DNA of 64,000 nucleotides from Giardia intestinalis (lineage: Eukaryota): assembly GCA_000002435.2 (NCBI GenBank), contig CM018791.1. One strand, 5' to 3'. Made by a program: the position numbers and the translations under genes. Shown one piece after another: positions 39,592-49,865 of the stretch. Numbering within the stretch: the first letter of the stretch is position 1; every line of letters begins with the position of its first letter. A model generated the notes under the pieces. It saw nothing but the letters and a program-made list of their open reading frames with translations, ran no database searches and was not told the DNA's origin.

Positions 39592-41457
39592 TCAAATTTT
39601 AATTTTTGTTTTCCGATACCCTGACAGCATTTCGCTGAGGGTCTGGCAGACTTGTTCTGCGGTCATCCGCGCGTTCATATCCAGACAAAGTAAATTGGTG
39701 ATCAAATCCACCACCCTATCAGACGGATTGCACACATAACAGGTCCCTGAACACAGATCTGCCCGTGCCCTGTCCATCAGCGAACCTCTTCCCGGTATCT
39801 CTGCGAAGTTGTTGGGAGCCAGAAATAAATTAATGTTCCCGACAAAGCATGCAAATGCTACAACCCCATAGGAGTACATATCGCTTGCTGGGCCGAAAAC
39901 CCCCTGCAGAAGTTTTTCGGGAGCAGTAAAGGGCTTTGTCCCTGCTAGAGAGGTGACCATCTGAACTTCTTTCTTGTCCGCCAGCGGCTTCACAAGGGTA
40001 AAATCGCTCAGTTTCCAGACACCCCCCTCTGCGAGGAGAATATTGCGCAATGAAATGTCGTTATGTGTGATTGGAGAATCTAATGTATGCAAATATTTAA
40101 GGGCTTCTGCAATCTGGAGTAGTATTGTTAGGAGCTCATGCTCTGTTCGTGCCTGCTTGTCGCTGCGGCAAAGGAGGGCAAGAAAATCATGCAGATCACC
40201 ACCTTCGCACAGCTCCATGGAAAGTGCAATTTCATTGTATGGTTCGTAAGCCGGATTGAGAACGATGCGCCCAGTGGTTGAATTCACAAAGATCGGGTCA
40301 GAATTCAGCTGGACGATGTTAGGATGCTTCAAGTGATGATATATTGCCGCTTCTCTGTTAAGGAACAGCCACCGCTTGGTCTCTGCTATGTGTTCATCTC
40401 CTTCCAGTGAAGTCTCTTTACGGGATATCTTCAGTGCAACAATCTGTGCTGTGCTCAAATCCATTGCCTTATAAACGGTGGAAAACCCGCCAGACCCCAA
40501 TTTCTTCATCAATATATATCGGGGACGAACAGTGGATGCCACCGGCGGGAGCTTTACCGTCTGGTAGTTCCGCACAGTCACGTCTGCATTCATCGGAAAG
40601 AGTACTGGAAGAGATTCGTTGTTATAGTAGTTGCTTAGACAATACGTCGAAACCTGGCGCCTGATCACACCATCCTCTTCAGCTTGGAGGTTGATTACAT
40701 CCAACTCAGTCAGCAAGGACCTGCACTCTATGGCAGCAGCATTATACTGAGCCGTGTATGTAGCCCTATCCTTTGGACTTAGCCTTCCTTTGAGCCGCCC
40801 CTCCAAGTCTGCAATCCGCTCTTTTAGTTGCTTGAGCGCGTGCTGCTTCTCATAATGGGCGACGGAATACACAGCACTCGTTTGCTTCTGTAGCGCCCGT
40901 GGCGGGGCGAACATCCTATTAGCATCGTACCTAAGCATGAGATACTTACGCTCAAGACCAGCCAGTTCAAGACCCAGAGAAATATGATTGCGATACAGCC
41001 TATCATGCGAGTCTGCGGGATGTGGTGGAGGTGGTGTTTGGTTTGCTTGGAAGGACCCTGACGAATAAACAGGGTTGGCAGCAGAGGCTCCTCCCAAGAC
41101 GGGTAACTGAGCTGTCTTTGTGAAAGGAGCTTTTTGGGCAGTCTCTTGGTGAAAGATTTTACTTGGAGAGCTACGGCTTGCCTGTGGCGTCTTCTGGTCT
41201 AGCTGTCCTGACTGCACGGGTGTGCTAGTAAGGCTTGTAGGGACCTCTTCTGTCTCTGGAAGCTTGTTTTCCCTAGCATCTAGCATAAGCTGAACGATCT
41301 TCTCCTCTGTCCATAGATTTGGAAAGCGCTTGGCGATGTTCTTTGCCAACTCTTCAATGGTCGCGTTAGAAGCGGTAAGATCCATAGCTTTAATGGCTCT
41401 AATTGCCTGTATTTTTCGGTGTCTAACCGAGCCTGTCACCACTGCGCCGTCGGGCAT
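39592..41457 (-). CDS. Protein kinase-like, NEK-family-like; the catalytic motifs are degenerate, so it is possibly a pseudokinase.
   Basis: Gly-loop GSGGFSTVYKAMD, VALK, HNDISLRN in place of HRDLKPxN, DFT in place of DFG, and an APE motif (FTAPEKL). Kinase domain in the C-terminal half; the N-terminal 290 aa are of unknown function. The track start at 41517 is a TTG codon; the first ATG is at 41457 with cttaaaaatcagatt upstream. Confidence 0.65.
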   Translation of the reverse strand: MPDGAVVTGSVRHRKIQAIRAIKAMDLTASNATIEELAKNIAKRFPNLWTEEKIVQLMLDARENKLPETEEVPTSLTSTPVQSGQLDQKTPQASRSSPSKIFHQETAQKAPFTKTAQLPVLGGASAANPVYSSGSFQANQTPPPPHPADSHDRLYRNHISLGLELAGLERKYLMLRYDANRMFAPPRALQKQTSAVYSVAHYEKQHALKQLKERIADLEGRLKGRLSPKDRATYTAQYNAAAIECRSLLTELDVINLQAEEDGVIRRQVSTYCLSNYYNNESLPVLFPMNADVTVRNYQTVKLPPVASTVRPRYILMKKLGSGGFSTVYKAMDLSTAQIVALKISRKETSLEGDEHIAETKRWLFLNREAAIYHHLKHPNIVQLNSDPIFVNSTTGRIVLNPAYEPYNEIALSMELCEGGDLHDFLALLCRSDKQARTEHELLTILLQIAEALKYLHTLDSPITHNDISLRNILLAEGGVWKLSDFTLVKPLADKKEVQMVTSLAGTKPFTAPEKLLQGVFGPASDMYSYGVVAFACFVGNINLFLAPNNFAEIPGRGSLMDRARADLCSGTCYVCNPSDRVVDLITNLLCLDMNARMTAEQVCQTLSEMLSGYRKTKIKI

Positions 41458-41535
41458 GTGTGGCACCGGCTCTTGCTCTAATCTGATTTTTAAGAGCACG
41501 CCAGAGCATTTACACAACGCTTCCTGCGGGCCTAC

Positions 41536-42183
41536 TTAAGGAAGAAACGGGGGATAAAGGTGGATTCGTCTAAGTCTGTGACGGACCACAAAAAGGGCCG
41601 TCGCACAGAATGCCAGAAAGAGGCCCCTGACAATCCGTTTATCTCTTCGCTCGATTTTATCAATCTCCGAAATGCACCGACGGCCCTCTACAGTTGCCAT
41701 GGCAATGCTATCGTGGCTCTGTGAGACACTGCGAAGAACGTCCGTCGACGCCTGGAGCGCCCGCAGACAGTCCTCACTTCGCGTGGCCTCTTGGGAGAGA
41801 ATTCTATAGACGTTCTCCAGACGCGATATTACATCAACGTTTGTGCGCACCCGTTCGTTATCCTCTAGATTTGCTTGTCTCTTACTGTGCTTCATGGCCA
41901 TGTTCTGGGCCTTTACATCTGCCACAAACTTCGCTCTTAGAGCATCCAAGTCATTTTGAAGGGTGTCTGCACTGACTTGGTAGATCGAAATAGCTCTGCT
42001 CTCGGCCGGATACATTGCAGAGAAGTCAGCTATAAGCAGTCCTACCTGTTCCAGCTGCTGTCGCATGCGCTCTATGCGCGCAAGAACTTGTTGCTCTGGA
42101 AGATTAAGGATATCCATCGACTGCAGAGCCGCATACTCACAGGAGACATCGTCTAGAGCAGCCCGAATCAGCTGAGCATTCAT
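41536..42183 (-). CDS. Tail-anchored helical protein, possibly a SNARE-like protein.
   Basis: 215 aa, mostly helical, with a heptad-like segment (DVLRSVSQSHDSIAMATVEGRRCISEIDKIERRDKRI) directly before a single C-terminal TM segment (VRGLFLAFCATALFVV). Confidence 0.4.
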   Translation of the reverse strand: MNAQLIRAALDDVSCEYAALQSMDILNLPEQQVLARIERMRQQLEQVGLLIADFSAMYPAESRAISIYQVSADTLQNDLDALRAKFVADVKAQNMAMKHSKRQANLEDNERVRTNVDVISRLENVYRILSQEATRSEDCLRALQASTDVLRSVSQSHDSIAMATVEGRRCISEIDKIERRDKRIVRGLFLAFCATALFVVRHRLRRIHLYPPFLP

Positions 42184-42191
42184 AGTTCTTA

Positions 42192-43718
42192 TTAATTTAC
42201 AGATTGTACGTCAGACTTTCGACGCACAGTTTTCCCGGTGAGCGTGAATAGCTCAAACACGTACTCTGTGAGCACAGCCTTTTCAACCTCTTCAGGGGTC
42301 TTTTGCTTGAGCTCTGGAAGGGAGAACCAGCAAAGAACGGTGCTAACAAGACCCACGCAAAAATACAAGAAGAACGTGATGTAGAGGATGTCGAGGGTAT
42401 ACGGGAATGAAATCATGACCACTATGGATATGATGCGAAAGATGAGAAACGTGAAGCTCATGAGTCGTATCCGGATCCGCTGGGGAAAGCTCTCTCCGCA
42501 GACGGTGAAAATAAGGGGACCTATCGAGAAGTTGAAAGCAAGAAAATAGAGAAATATAGAGACTAGCAGTAATACAGTAGTAACTGTTTGATTGGTTATG
42601 AGGTAAGAGGTCATCAGGAGAATCAGAGAGAAGAGAATGATAGGCATCCCAATAAAGATCAGGTATCTGCGCCCTTTCTGCTCTACTAAAGGGATTGCGA
42701 TGATACCAGCTAACACGCACCACAAAGCAAGAAGGGCCGCGCCGACAACGTCGCTGTCAGGAAAGCTAAGCTGTTTGAAAATGGACCCAGCGTACAAGAG
42801 AATGGCATTAACGCCCACTCCTTGCTGCATGAGGGGCATGCACACAGAGATAAAAACGCAACGACGGTAGATACGGTTGCAGAATATCTCTTTTAAAGGG
42901 ACTGGAGAATCGCTACTCTGGCTTGATGGATTGGTCGCAGACCTAGCCCCATTCTCCACTACAGTCAGAATAGTAGCGCGGGACACTCCACTGATGTCTG
43001 TACACGACGATGACGCTGGGACAGTCGTCTGACTCATTTCTATGAAAGACGACTGTTGCGGATGCGGATGTGGATGTGGATGCTGTTGCTCGTGATCGGG
43101 CAATGCGCTCAGAGGAAGCTCCTTGATTGGGATGGCAAGTACGAACACAACGATGCAGCTGAGGATGGTGAAGCCAGTAGGAACTTGCCACGTAGATGGC
43201 CAATGCTTGACAATAATGACAAGCAGATAGACGAAAAACGTCCCCAAGGAGTTTCCTAGTTGGAGACAGGACGTAAGGCGACCACGAATTTCGCTAGGAG
43301 ATAGCTCAGATATCCACGCTGGAAAAACGATGAGGAACGAGGTCGACGGAACCCCAACAAGAAATCGCATGATTATGAGATACAAGTAGTTCACGGGGAT
43401 AAGTGTCAGCCCGAGAAGGCCGGCCACTAGCACAGCAAAAAGCATGCAAGCAGCCTTGCGCCCTATTCTGTTGACGATTGGGGCTGTAATGAAGATGCTT
43501 GCGAAAGATCCGATGACGATACTTGATGTAAGAAATGAAAAGATGGTCCGGTTACGCGCATCGGTCCCGTCAGGATCGAAGCCCCCAGTAATCTGCGCGT
43601 ATGCACGTAGGACTGTGAGAGGAACATTGGCCAGTACAGACCCGATGTTGAAGCCACCGGCCAATATGAGGAACACAAGAAGCACTATCTGTGTTCTATT
43701 TCGTGTTTGATGAGACAT
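42192..43718 (-). CDS. Major facilitator superfamily transporter (sugar-porter-like).
   Basis: Twelve predicted TM segments in a 6+6 arrangement. A PAWISELSPSEIRGRLTS motif resembles the sugar-porter PESPR/RG signature. The central loop is His/Pro-rich (HEQQHPHPHPHPQQSS). Confidence 0.7.
   Translation of the reverse strand: MSHQTRNRTQIVLLVFLILAGGFNIGSVLANVPLTVLRAYAQITGGFDPDGTDARNRTIFSFLTSSIVIGSFASIFITAPIVNRIGRKAACMLFAVLVAGLLGLTLIPVNYLYLIIMRFLVGVPSTSFLIVFPAWISELSPSEIRGRLTSCLQLGNSLGTFFVYLLVIIVKHWPSTWQVPTGFTILSCIVVFVLAIPIKELPLSALPDHEQQHPHPHPHPQQSSFIEMSQTTVPASSSCTDISGVSRATILTVVENGARSATNPSSQSSDSPVPLKEIFCNRIYRRCVFISVCMPLMQQGVGVNAILLYAGSIFKQLSFPDSDVVGAALLALWCVLAGIIAIPLVEQKGRRYLIFIGMPIILFSLILLMTSYLITNQTVTTVLLLVSIFLYFLAFNFSIGPLIFTVCGESFPQRIRIRLMSFTFLIFRIISIVVMISFPYTLDILYITFFLYFCVGLVSTVLCWFSLPELKQKTPEEVEKAVLTEYVFELFTLTGKTVRRKSDVQSVN
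43058..43084. repeat. Short GGATGY microsatellite encoding the (HP)n loop of the MFS transporter.
   Basis: gcggatgcggatgtggatgtggatgctg read directly from the sequence. Confidence 0.6.
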
Positions 43719-43952
43719 TTAGCCGGTGGAAGATAGACTACTGACAAGCTTTAGTCCGGAGACACTCTGGTTTGGGCAGCCAATAATTTTTTAGCTGAGG
43801 ACAGCTCTGCCAGACTCTGACCCGGCTGTGGAGCTAATTATACTGGACCTGGTCAGACTGGCTACAGAGGAGGGCGTGCCGTTCCCTGCTTTTTGTTCTT
43901 TTTGAACCGGCTCAGGGGTTTTTATCACATTTTAATCTAAAATTCCAGTGTT

Positions 43953-45428
43953 ATGGGATCGTCCTCTGGCGCTCAGGGAAAGACTAAGGGGTCGTCCATC
44001 CAGGCGTACAGGAGTATCAAGATTAAGGGTGTCGTGTACAATGTCTGGCTGCGCTTTAAAACGGGGGATTTCTCTGTCCATCTTGAGAATGATGAAACTG
44101 GAGAACACTGGTTCAACGCGTTCACGCCTGAATATATAGATGAAATGACACGCAAAACGGGAAACCAACGGCGCTATGACGTATTCACAAGTATGCTGAC
44201 CTCGGCTTTGGAGAAGACAAGCTCTCGTCGGCCGAACAGTCAAACTCCTTTGGACTTAAGTCTCGATTTGCTCTTTGTGGAGGATCTCGAGCGCATGAGG
44301 GATGCGAATGGTGGGGCACACAGCGACTCTGTTGATGCAACGATCCAATCGGCTGCCAACAAGTCGCGTTGCTTCCTCATCGTGGCATACGCAGTAGAGT
44401 TTGAGCGCACCTTCTACCCTCTTCCGCTCAACAAGTCCGGACCACCGAGCACAAACCTCGAGGAATGGCTCTTATTTGCATATCGGCATACGAAGGAGCA
44501 AGCAAGACGGATGATGGAGGAAAGCAGTCTGAACGAAGGGATAGTCAGCATGAGTGGGACAGATACCCAGAAGCTTCGGACAGAGCTTAAAAAGCAGAAG
44601 GAGATAATATTTTCTCTGGAAAAGGAGCGGAACAAGGCTTTGGAAGTTTCAAAGAAACTACTAACGGAAAACAACATACTAAAGGAGCAGCTAACTCACA
44701 TCAAGGATTCTATCGTGTCCAGAACCGCCAGCAATGGAAGATCGCTAAGCCGTGACCTATCAGGTAGAACGTTGAAATCTGAATCTGCCAACACGAGGTC
44801 AACTAGACCCTATGCGGAACAGTCACACAAGAGTAGGAGCCAACGATACTACAGAGAGGGAGAGACAAGTAGACCTCCCTCGCAAACTCATTCTCGTGCA
44901 TCGAGTCGGTCTGCGAGCAATACTGCCAAAAGATCAACATCTCGTCACGTCTCAGAACAGCCTTCCCCTGCTGTGGCATCTGGGTACCTCAACCTCTCCC
45001 ATGCACGGTCACGCAGTGCATCGATTGGCAACTCGCAAACATTACGTGGATCCTATACCAGCTCGATGAGCGCTTCGCTAAACCCATTCAAGCGTACCAC
45101 ATCCACAATCTATTCTAATAGTGCGTCAGAGTTTGATGAAGGCCTCTCACAGCAGCTTGTTGAGAAGGCTAGAAGGTCTAGCAGCCGGAGCTCTGAAGGC
45201 CGCCGAAGAAAGCGGTCGTCTTCGTCACACAGGAACAGAGATTCTGTGGTTCTAGACGATTACAATGATAGAGGAAGCGGGCATCACGGATCTAGCTCCA
45301 GCAGGACTCGAACACAGAGAAGCGCTCAATATGAGGAGCCTCAAGACGATAGACACAGATCCGGAAGTGGTAGGAGGAAACACAGGAAAGAGCACTCTGG
45401 TGCATCTAGATCTGAAAAATATTATTAG
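43953..45428 (+). CDS. CCDC61/VFL3-like protein: an N-terminal head domain, a short coiled coil and a Ser/Arg-rich tail.
   Basis: The N-terminal LENDETGEHWFNAFTPEYIDEMTRKTGNQRRYDVFTSMLTSAL matches the CCDC61 head-domain consensus (VED.LTGE.W...F....IEDLT.KTGNFK.F..F..ML..AL). A coiled coil follows (QKLRTELKKQKEIIFSLEKERNKALEV), then an RS-rich tail. Confidence 0.5.
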   Translation: MGSSSGAQGKTKGSSIQAYRSIKIKGVVYNVWLRFKTGDFSVHLENDETGEHWFNAFTPEYIDEMTRKTGNQRRYDVFTSMLTSALEKTSSRRPNSQTPLDLSLDLLFVEDLERMRDANGGAHSDSVDATIQSAANKSRCFLIVAYAVEFERTFYPLPLNKSGPPSTNLEEWLLFAYRHTKEQARRMMEESSLNEGIVSMSGTDTQKLRTELKKQKEIIFSLEKERNKALEVSKKLLTENNILKEQLTHIKDSIVSRTASNGRSLSRDLSGRTLKSESANTRSTRPYAEQSHKSRSQRYYREGETSRPPSQTHSRASSRSASNTAKRSTSRHVSEQPSPAVASGYLNLSHARSRSASIGNSQTLRGSYTSSMSASLNPFKRTTSTIYSNSASEFDEGLSQQLVEKARRSSSRSSEGRRRKRSSSSHRNRDSVVLDDYNDRGSGHHGSSSSRTRTQRSAQYEEPQDDRHRSGSGRRKHRKEHSGASRSEKYY

Positions 45429-45448
45429 ACCCTACCTTGTAAATCATC

Positions 45449-48400
45449 TCATCCGTTGGGGGGCGCTAACATGAGTATTTCGGTATTAGCCTTTCTTAGG
45501 TCTGAGATCATGCGATTGAGCTTGTGTACTTCAAGTTCCTTTGCGCGCAGATTGGCCTGCAGTATCTCTACCGTGGTCGTTGCAGCGATGTAGTTCTGAA
45601 CAGAGAGCCCCGATACGATTCTCGAATCTCTGCCCGAAAGGTCTCTAATAGTTTGGAATAATTGGCTAATAACTGTCTCATAAGCATCGCTTATTTCTCG
45701 ATGCTGCTCTACGCCGTTTAGAAAAGTTCCATTGACATCCCTGACGACAACTCGGATCTCTGGATGGCCTAGCATCTGCTCCAACTGTGCACAGGTCAGC
45801 AGATGGCGGTTTTTCATGTCCTCGTAACTCTGTTGCAGCCTCTCTAGGTCGTTAGTAAGCTCTCTGCATGTACTCTCCAAGCGGGTGACGTACAGTCCAG
45901 GGGAGCCGTTATATTCTGGCGGAACATGGATGCCCTCAATGATCTGCTTTAAGCGCGCAAGATCACGGGTAATGTTGGCACCATCAGAGTCACTGCAGTG
46001 ATCCTTGAGAGCCTTGATTTGCTGCTCTGACTTCGAGAGCTCCTGGCGCAGATGTGCATTCTCTAGCACAAGCTTCACATGAGCGTCATCAACTGCTTTA
46101 GATGTTGTGCCACGAGGTGCGAGAGCACCAAGAACGGCACACGGCGAGGTCTGCAACTGTTTGTTAGACTGATCTGTCTTCAGAGGGTGTGCAAGCATGA
46201 CAAGTCTCTCGTTATCTTCCTCGAGCTCTTTGATACGGGCCTGCAAGCCTAGCACTTCGTCATGGAGAGTCAGCTGGAGGCTTTGAAGTTCCTGCTGCTG
46301 ACCTGCAATTATAGCGGCTTGATCAGCACCTCTATTCTGTAATTCTGTACACATTTCTTGCAGTCTGCTGCAGTCGTCAGAAGCTCGCTGCATGCTCTCT
46401 AATGTCTCCCTGAGTCGCAGCTCGGCTACCTCGGCACGAGTCGTTATTGCCTTATTCTCCTCTAGACTCGCTTTGTGCTCCGATTCCAAACATTGAAGAC
46501 GCTTCTCGAGATTCAGCGCATTACACACGAGTGCGTTTTCATCATCTGTCTTAAGTGTACGAAGCTGTGTAATGATGGCTTCTAAATCCTTCTTCTCAGC
46601 GTACATAGCCTGGAATTGCTTATCAGATGAATCTTTGAGCTTTTCAAGTGCAGCCCTAAGAGATGCTGCTTCCTCCTCAAGGAGACGATGCTCTTCCAGG
46701 CTAACTGTTGTCTTGAGATGCTCCTTAAGCGCCTCGCTTGTCTTTCGTTTGAAGTCGCGAAGTTCGTCTGTGAGCTTTGTGTTGGCTCTTGAAAGCCTTT
46801 CATTCTCAGCTCGCATCCTCCAAACCTCTTGAGTAAGGGCCACGTGGGCCTGCTGTATTTCGTTTGCCTTCTGAAGTGTTACCTCTGACTCTCGTTGCTT
46901 TTCCTCTAAGGACAAGATTTTCTGTTGCATAGACACCGTGGAAAGCTGCTCGTCGCTTAGCTGCGTATACGTTGCATGCTGAGAGTAAGCATAGGCATGC
47001 AAAGTATCATACTTCTTCTGCAGTTCGACCGCCTCATTAACTGCCTTCTCCTTTTCTGCCGAGGTGTCAAGAAGCTCCTCGCTCAAAAGCCGAAGACGCT
47101 CCATCAGAGACACGTTTTCTGCTGCAAGATCTTGTGCCAAGTCATCCTTAACGACGGTCTCTCTTTCCAGGAAGTCGTGTTCCGTCTGAGTGGCTGACGA
47201 GACGGTCAGTGGCGGAGCTGGTGCTGTTTGTAATGCTTCAAGAGCGGTTTCCATAGACAGTAGCTCTCTGTTGAGACGTAAGTTTTCCTTTGTAAGTTCC
47301 TTAAGCTCATCGTTAGCCTTGGACAGCTCCTCTTTACATCTAGTGGTCTCCTGCAGGTAATCTAGGGCGTTATTTCGTGTGTCAACTAGTTGGTTCCGTA
47401 TTGCAAAGCAGTGCTCACGTTCCTGTGCAAGCTCTGCCTCTACTTTGGCAAGCGTCGCTTCTGTAGCTACAAGCTTGCTCATCGTAAGGTCGAGATCTCG
47501 AGCCGTAAGGGTTGACTGTATGTCGACGTTGGCAGCTGCTGTACATTGTGCGGCAGATTGCTGGATCTCAGTTTGAATTTCAGTTTGAATTGCCTTTTGG
47601 TCACATGCAGCCGCAACAGCCCTTGGAGTTTTTTCATTATAACCCAGATATGCATCAGTTTGTGTTGCACATTCTATACTAGCATGTGGAGCGGTTGTCT
47701 CTGTTGCAAGATGGGCCCGGGCTGCGGATGCTTCGTAGATAAAGAGCTTTCTCTCCAAGTCATTGACCTTTGCAACCAAAACATCGTTATCCTCTATAAT
47801 TGCCGAAATATTTCCTTGATTGAAAGACCGTTTAAGCTCTATGAGCATGCTTTTCAACTTCTTATTCTTTTCGCGAAGCTCACTATTCTGCTGCTCAAGC
47901 GCCTGCTGGTGGGATGCGTAATATATTTGCTGCAAATAGCTTGGTTGCGAAGAATGTGCTGATTCAACCGGTTCTCCTGTGTTCTGCTTTTTGGCTGGCA
48001 CCTGAAGATCTAAGGGGCATTCCATTAGCATATCTACCGAACCGCCTAGTGTAGTTGTCAAAGACTTGTCTTTGTCTCCATTACTACTGGCGTGGCGTGG
48101 GGGTATAATGAGGCTGTGCTGGCCGCTAACGGTGATGGTCGAAGAGCATGTCTTGCTAGCAGGCTTATGTAGTGCGGAGAGGACTGGGTTTATCGTGGAG
48201 CAATCTATAGACACTGTTTCCCCGCTATGCAATTCGTTTGCTGTGTCGATGGGCGCGGATACGGAAAGGTCTGGTAGTCGGTTAATGGGGATTGATTTCG
48301 AGCAGGGTACAACAACCGGCGAGCTCTGGCTTTCGTGTTGATCCGTTGACACACGGGTGAAGCTTTCCAATGCTGCTGTGACGTCTTCGAACCTCTCTCG

Positions 48401-49348
48401 CAGAGTGGCCATCTCTTGCTTCATGAGTTTATTGTCTCCAGTTATGGCCCAAAGAAGATTCTCAAGGGAGCTTTCGTTCTTTGTGTGGCGAAGTCGTCGC
48501 TTGATGGACGTAGCAGGCGAGGAAGAAGAGACAAAGCTGAGACGTCGGGGGCTGCATGCAGTAAGTGCCTTGGCCCGCCGCTTGCTACCAATTGTACTAC
48601 TCTTTACAAAGTGATACTTATGCTGCCGTCTGTAGAGATTGGTTAGTACACTTGCGTGGGCGGGATAGGGCCCCTTTGTGACAGATGCTATACTGGGTAT
48701 TCCGGCAACGGTGCTATTTAGGGCATGAGAGGAGGTAGACGCTGATCGCCCCTTGCAAGACGGTACCCTAGTCCCCGAAGGACCAGAGATAGATGCCCTC
48801 CTGCTGGAAGCAGAGTTGAGGGAGGTAGAGCGAGAGGAGACACTCTCTTGAATCTCTTCCAACATGGTGTAGGGCCTGTGCCGGAGTACATGCTTAGAGT
48901 CACGCTCTGCTGGCTTCTGCGAAGAAGGACGCTGGTGGCGGTCTGATGATCGAGGCCTTGCTATCTTCTTAGTATGGATAGTGAAAAGCTCCGGGGTGGC
49001 CTGCACACTCGTCAACGACGGCTGAACGGAAAAAGAAGACAGAGGGGGTGTCTGAAGACATGCCCTCAATCTGTCTATCTCTGCATTGGCAATCGCTAGC
49101 TTCTTTTCAAGGTCCACACTATGGACAAGAAGTGCCTGAGAGGCGCCCCGGAGGCACGAATATTTTGACAAAAGCATGGATACTGGAGCAGTGGATAAAT
49201 CCGAGTCGCTGTCCGAAAGAAGGGCCTGCATGTTCTTGATGGGATCCAATGTCATCTTAAAGAGAAACGAGTCTGCCGCGTCTCCAGCGCCCGTACTGCT
49301 GTCTGCAGCGCTAGGAACAGGATCTAACAAGACTCCAGAACCACACAT
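45449..49348 (-). CDS. Giant coiled-coil protein (1299 aa) with a Ser-rich N-terminal region.
   Basis: 3.9 kb ORF. The C-terminal about 900 aa are heptad-like. Real ATG at 49348. Convergent with the CCDC61-like gene, 20 bp apart. Confidence 0.7.
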   Translation of the reverse strand: MCGSGVLLDPVPSAADSSTGAGDAADSFLFKMTLDPIKNMQALLSDSDSDLSTAPVSMLLSKYSCLRGASQALLVHSVDLEKKLAIANAEIDRLRACLQTPPLSSFSVQPSLTSVQATPELFTIHTKKIARPRSSDRHQRPSSQKPAERDSKHVLRHRPYTMLEEIQESVSSRSTSLNSASSRRASISGPSGTRVPSCKGRSASTSSHALNSTVAGIPSIASVTKGPYPAHASVLTNLYRRQHKYHFVKSSTIGSKRRAKALTACSPRRLSFVSSSSPATSIKRRLRHTKNESSLENLLWAITGDNKLMKQEMATLRERFEDVTAALESFTRVSTDQHESQSSPVVVPCSKSIPINRLPDLSVSAPIDTANELHSGETVSIDCSTINPVLSALHKPASKTCSSTITVSGQHSLIIPPRHASSNGDKDKSLTTTLGGSVDMLMECPLDLQVPAKKQNTGEPVESAHSSQPSYLQQIYYASHQQALEQQNSELREKNKKLKSMLIELKRSFNQGNISAIIEDNDVLVAKVNDLERKLFIYEASAARAHLATETTAPHASIECATQTDAYLGYNEKTPRAVAAACDQKAIQTEIQTEIQQSAAQCTAAANVDIQSTLTARDLDLTMSKLVATEATLAKVEAELAQEREHCFAIRNQLVDTRNNALDYLQETTRCKEELSKANDELKELTKENLRLNRELLSMETALEALQTAPAPPLTVSSATQTEHDFLERETVVKDDLAQDLAAENVSLMERLRLLSEELLDTSAEKEKAVNEAVELQKKYDTLHAYAYSQHATYTQLSDEQLSTVSMQQKILSLEEKQRESEVTLQKANEIQQAHVALTQEVWRMRAENERLSRANTKLTDELRDFKRKTSEALKEHLKTTVSLEEHRLLEEEAASLRAALEKLKDSSDKQFQAMYAEKKDLEAIITQLRTLKTDDENALVCNALNLEKRLQCLESEHKASLEENKAITTRAEVAELRLRETLESMQRASDDCSRLQEMCTELQNRGADQAAIIAGQQQELQSLQLTLHDEVLGLQARIKELEEDNERLVMLAHPLKTDQSNKQLQTSPCAVLGALAPRGTTSKAVDDAHVKLVLENAHLRQELSKSEQQIKALKDHCSDSDGANITRDLARLKQIIEGIHVPPEYNGSPGLYVTRLESTCRELTNDLERLQQSYEDMKNRHLLTCAQLEQMLGHPEIRVVVRDVNGTFLNGVEQHREISDAYETVISQLFQTIRDLSGRDSRIVSGLSVQNYIAATTTVEILQANLRAKELEVHKLNRMISDLRKANTEILMLAPPNG

Positions 49349-49428
49349 CCAAGCGGAAGGCCGTATATGTAGAAGTTAGTGCAAGATGTTAGTACAAGAT
49401 TTTACTTAAAAAGCTAAGGTTTATTTCG

Positions 49429-49782
49429 TTGGCCTTAATGGAGTATGACAACACAGATTTCCTTATTGCGTTCATGGATACACACTCGAAGGACGCTGTA
49501 CGGCGACTACCAATTTCGCGTGTTCGCGCAATTTGCCGAACTGTCCCAACCATCACTCTCCTTTCTGCTGAGGCGCCCCTGCTGATCTCCAGACTTGCTG
49601 AGCTTTTTATTGCCGACGTTACAAATCAAAGCTACCAGATGGCTATTCGAAGTAACGCGACAACGGTCACAGAGGATGACGTCGCTCATGTTTTTAACGT
49701 CACCCCAGAGTACGACTTCCTAGCCATTCTTAGAGCGCTCCGGAAGAATACCAACGACTCTGCCTCTGAGAAAGAAGAGTGA
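49429..49782 (+). CDS. Histone-fold protein (NF-YC / DRAP1 / POLE4-like).
   Basis: LPISRVRAICRTVPTITLLSAEAPLLISRLAELFIADVTNQSYQMAIRSNATTVTEDDV matches the H2A-like histone-fold pattern (LP.ARVK.IMK...ISAEAP...+A.ELFI..L...). Confidence 0.55.
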   Translation: MALMEYDNTDFLIAFMDTHSKDAVRRLPISRVRAICRTVPTITLLSAEAPLLISRLAELFIADVTNQSYQMAIRSNATTVTEDDVAHVFNVTPEYDFLAILRALRKNTNDSASEKEE

Positions 49783-49865
49783 ACTCCCCTGTGTGGCTCG
49801 ATGCTCCTTGTTTACTGACTGCACAGGATGCCAAGGCCCCGAAAGGACGAGGCGGTCCTGTTACA

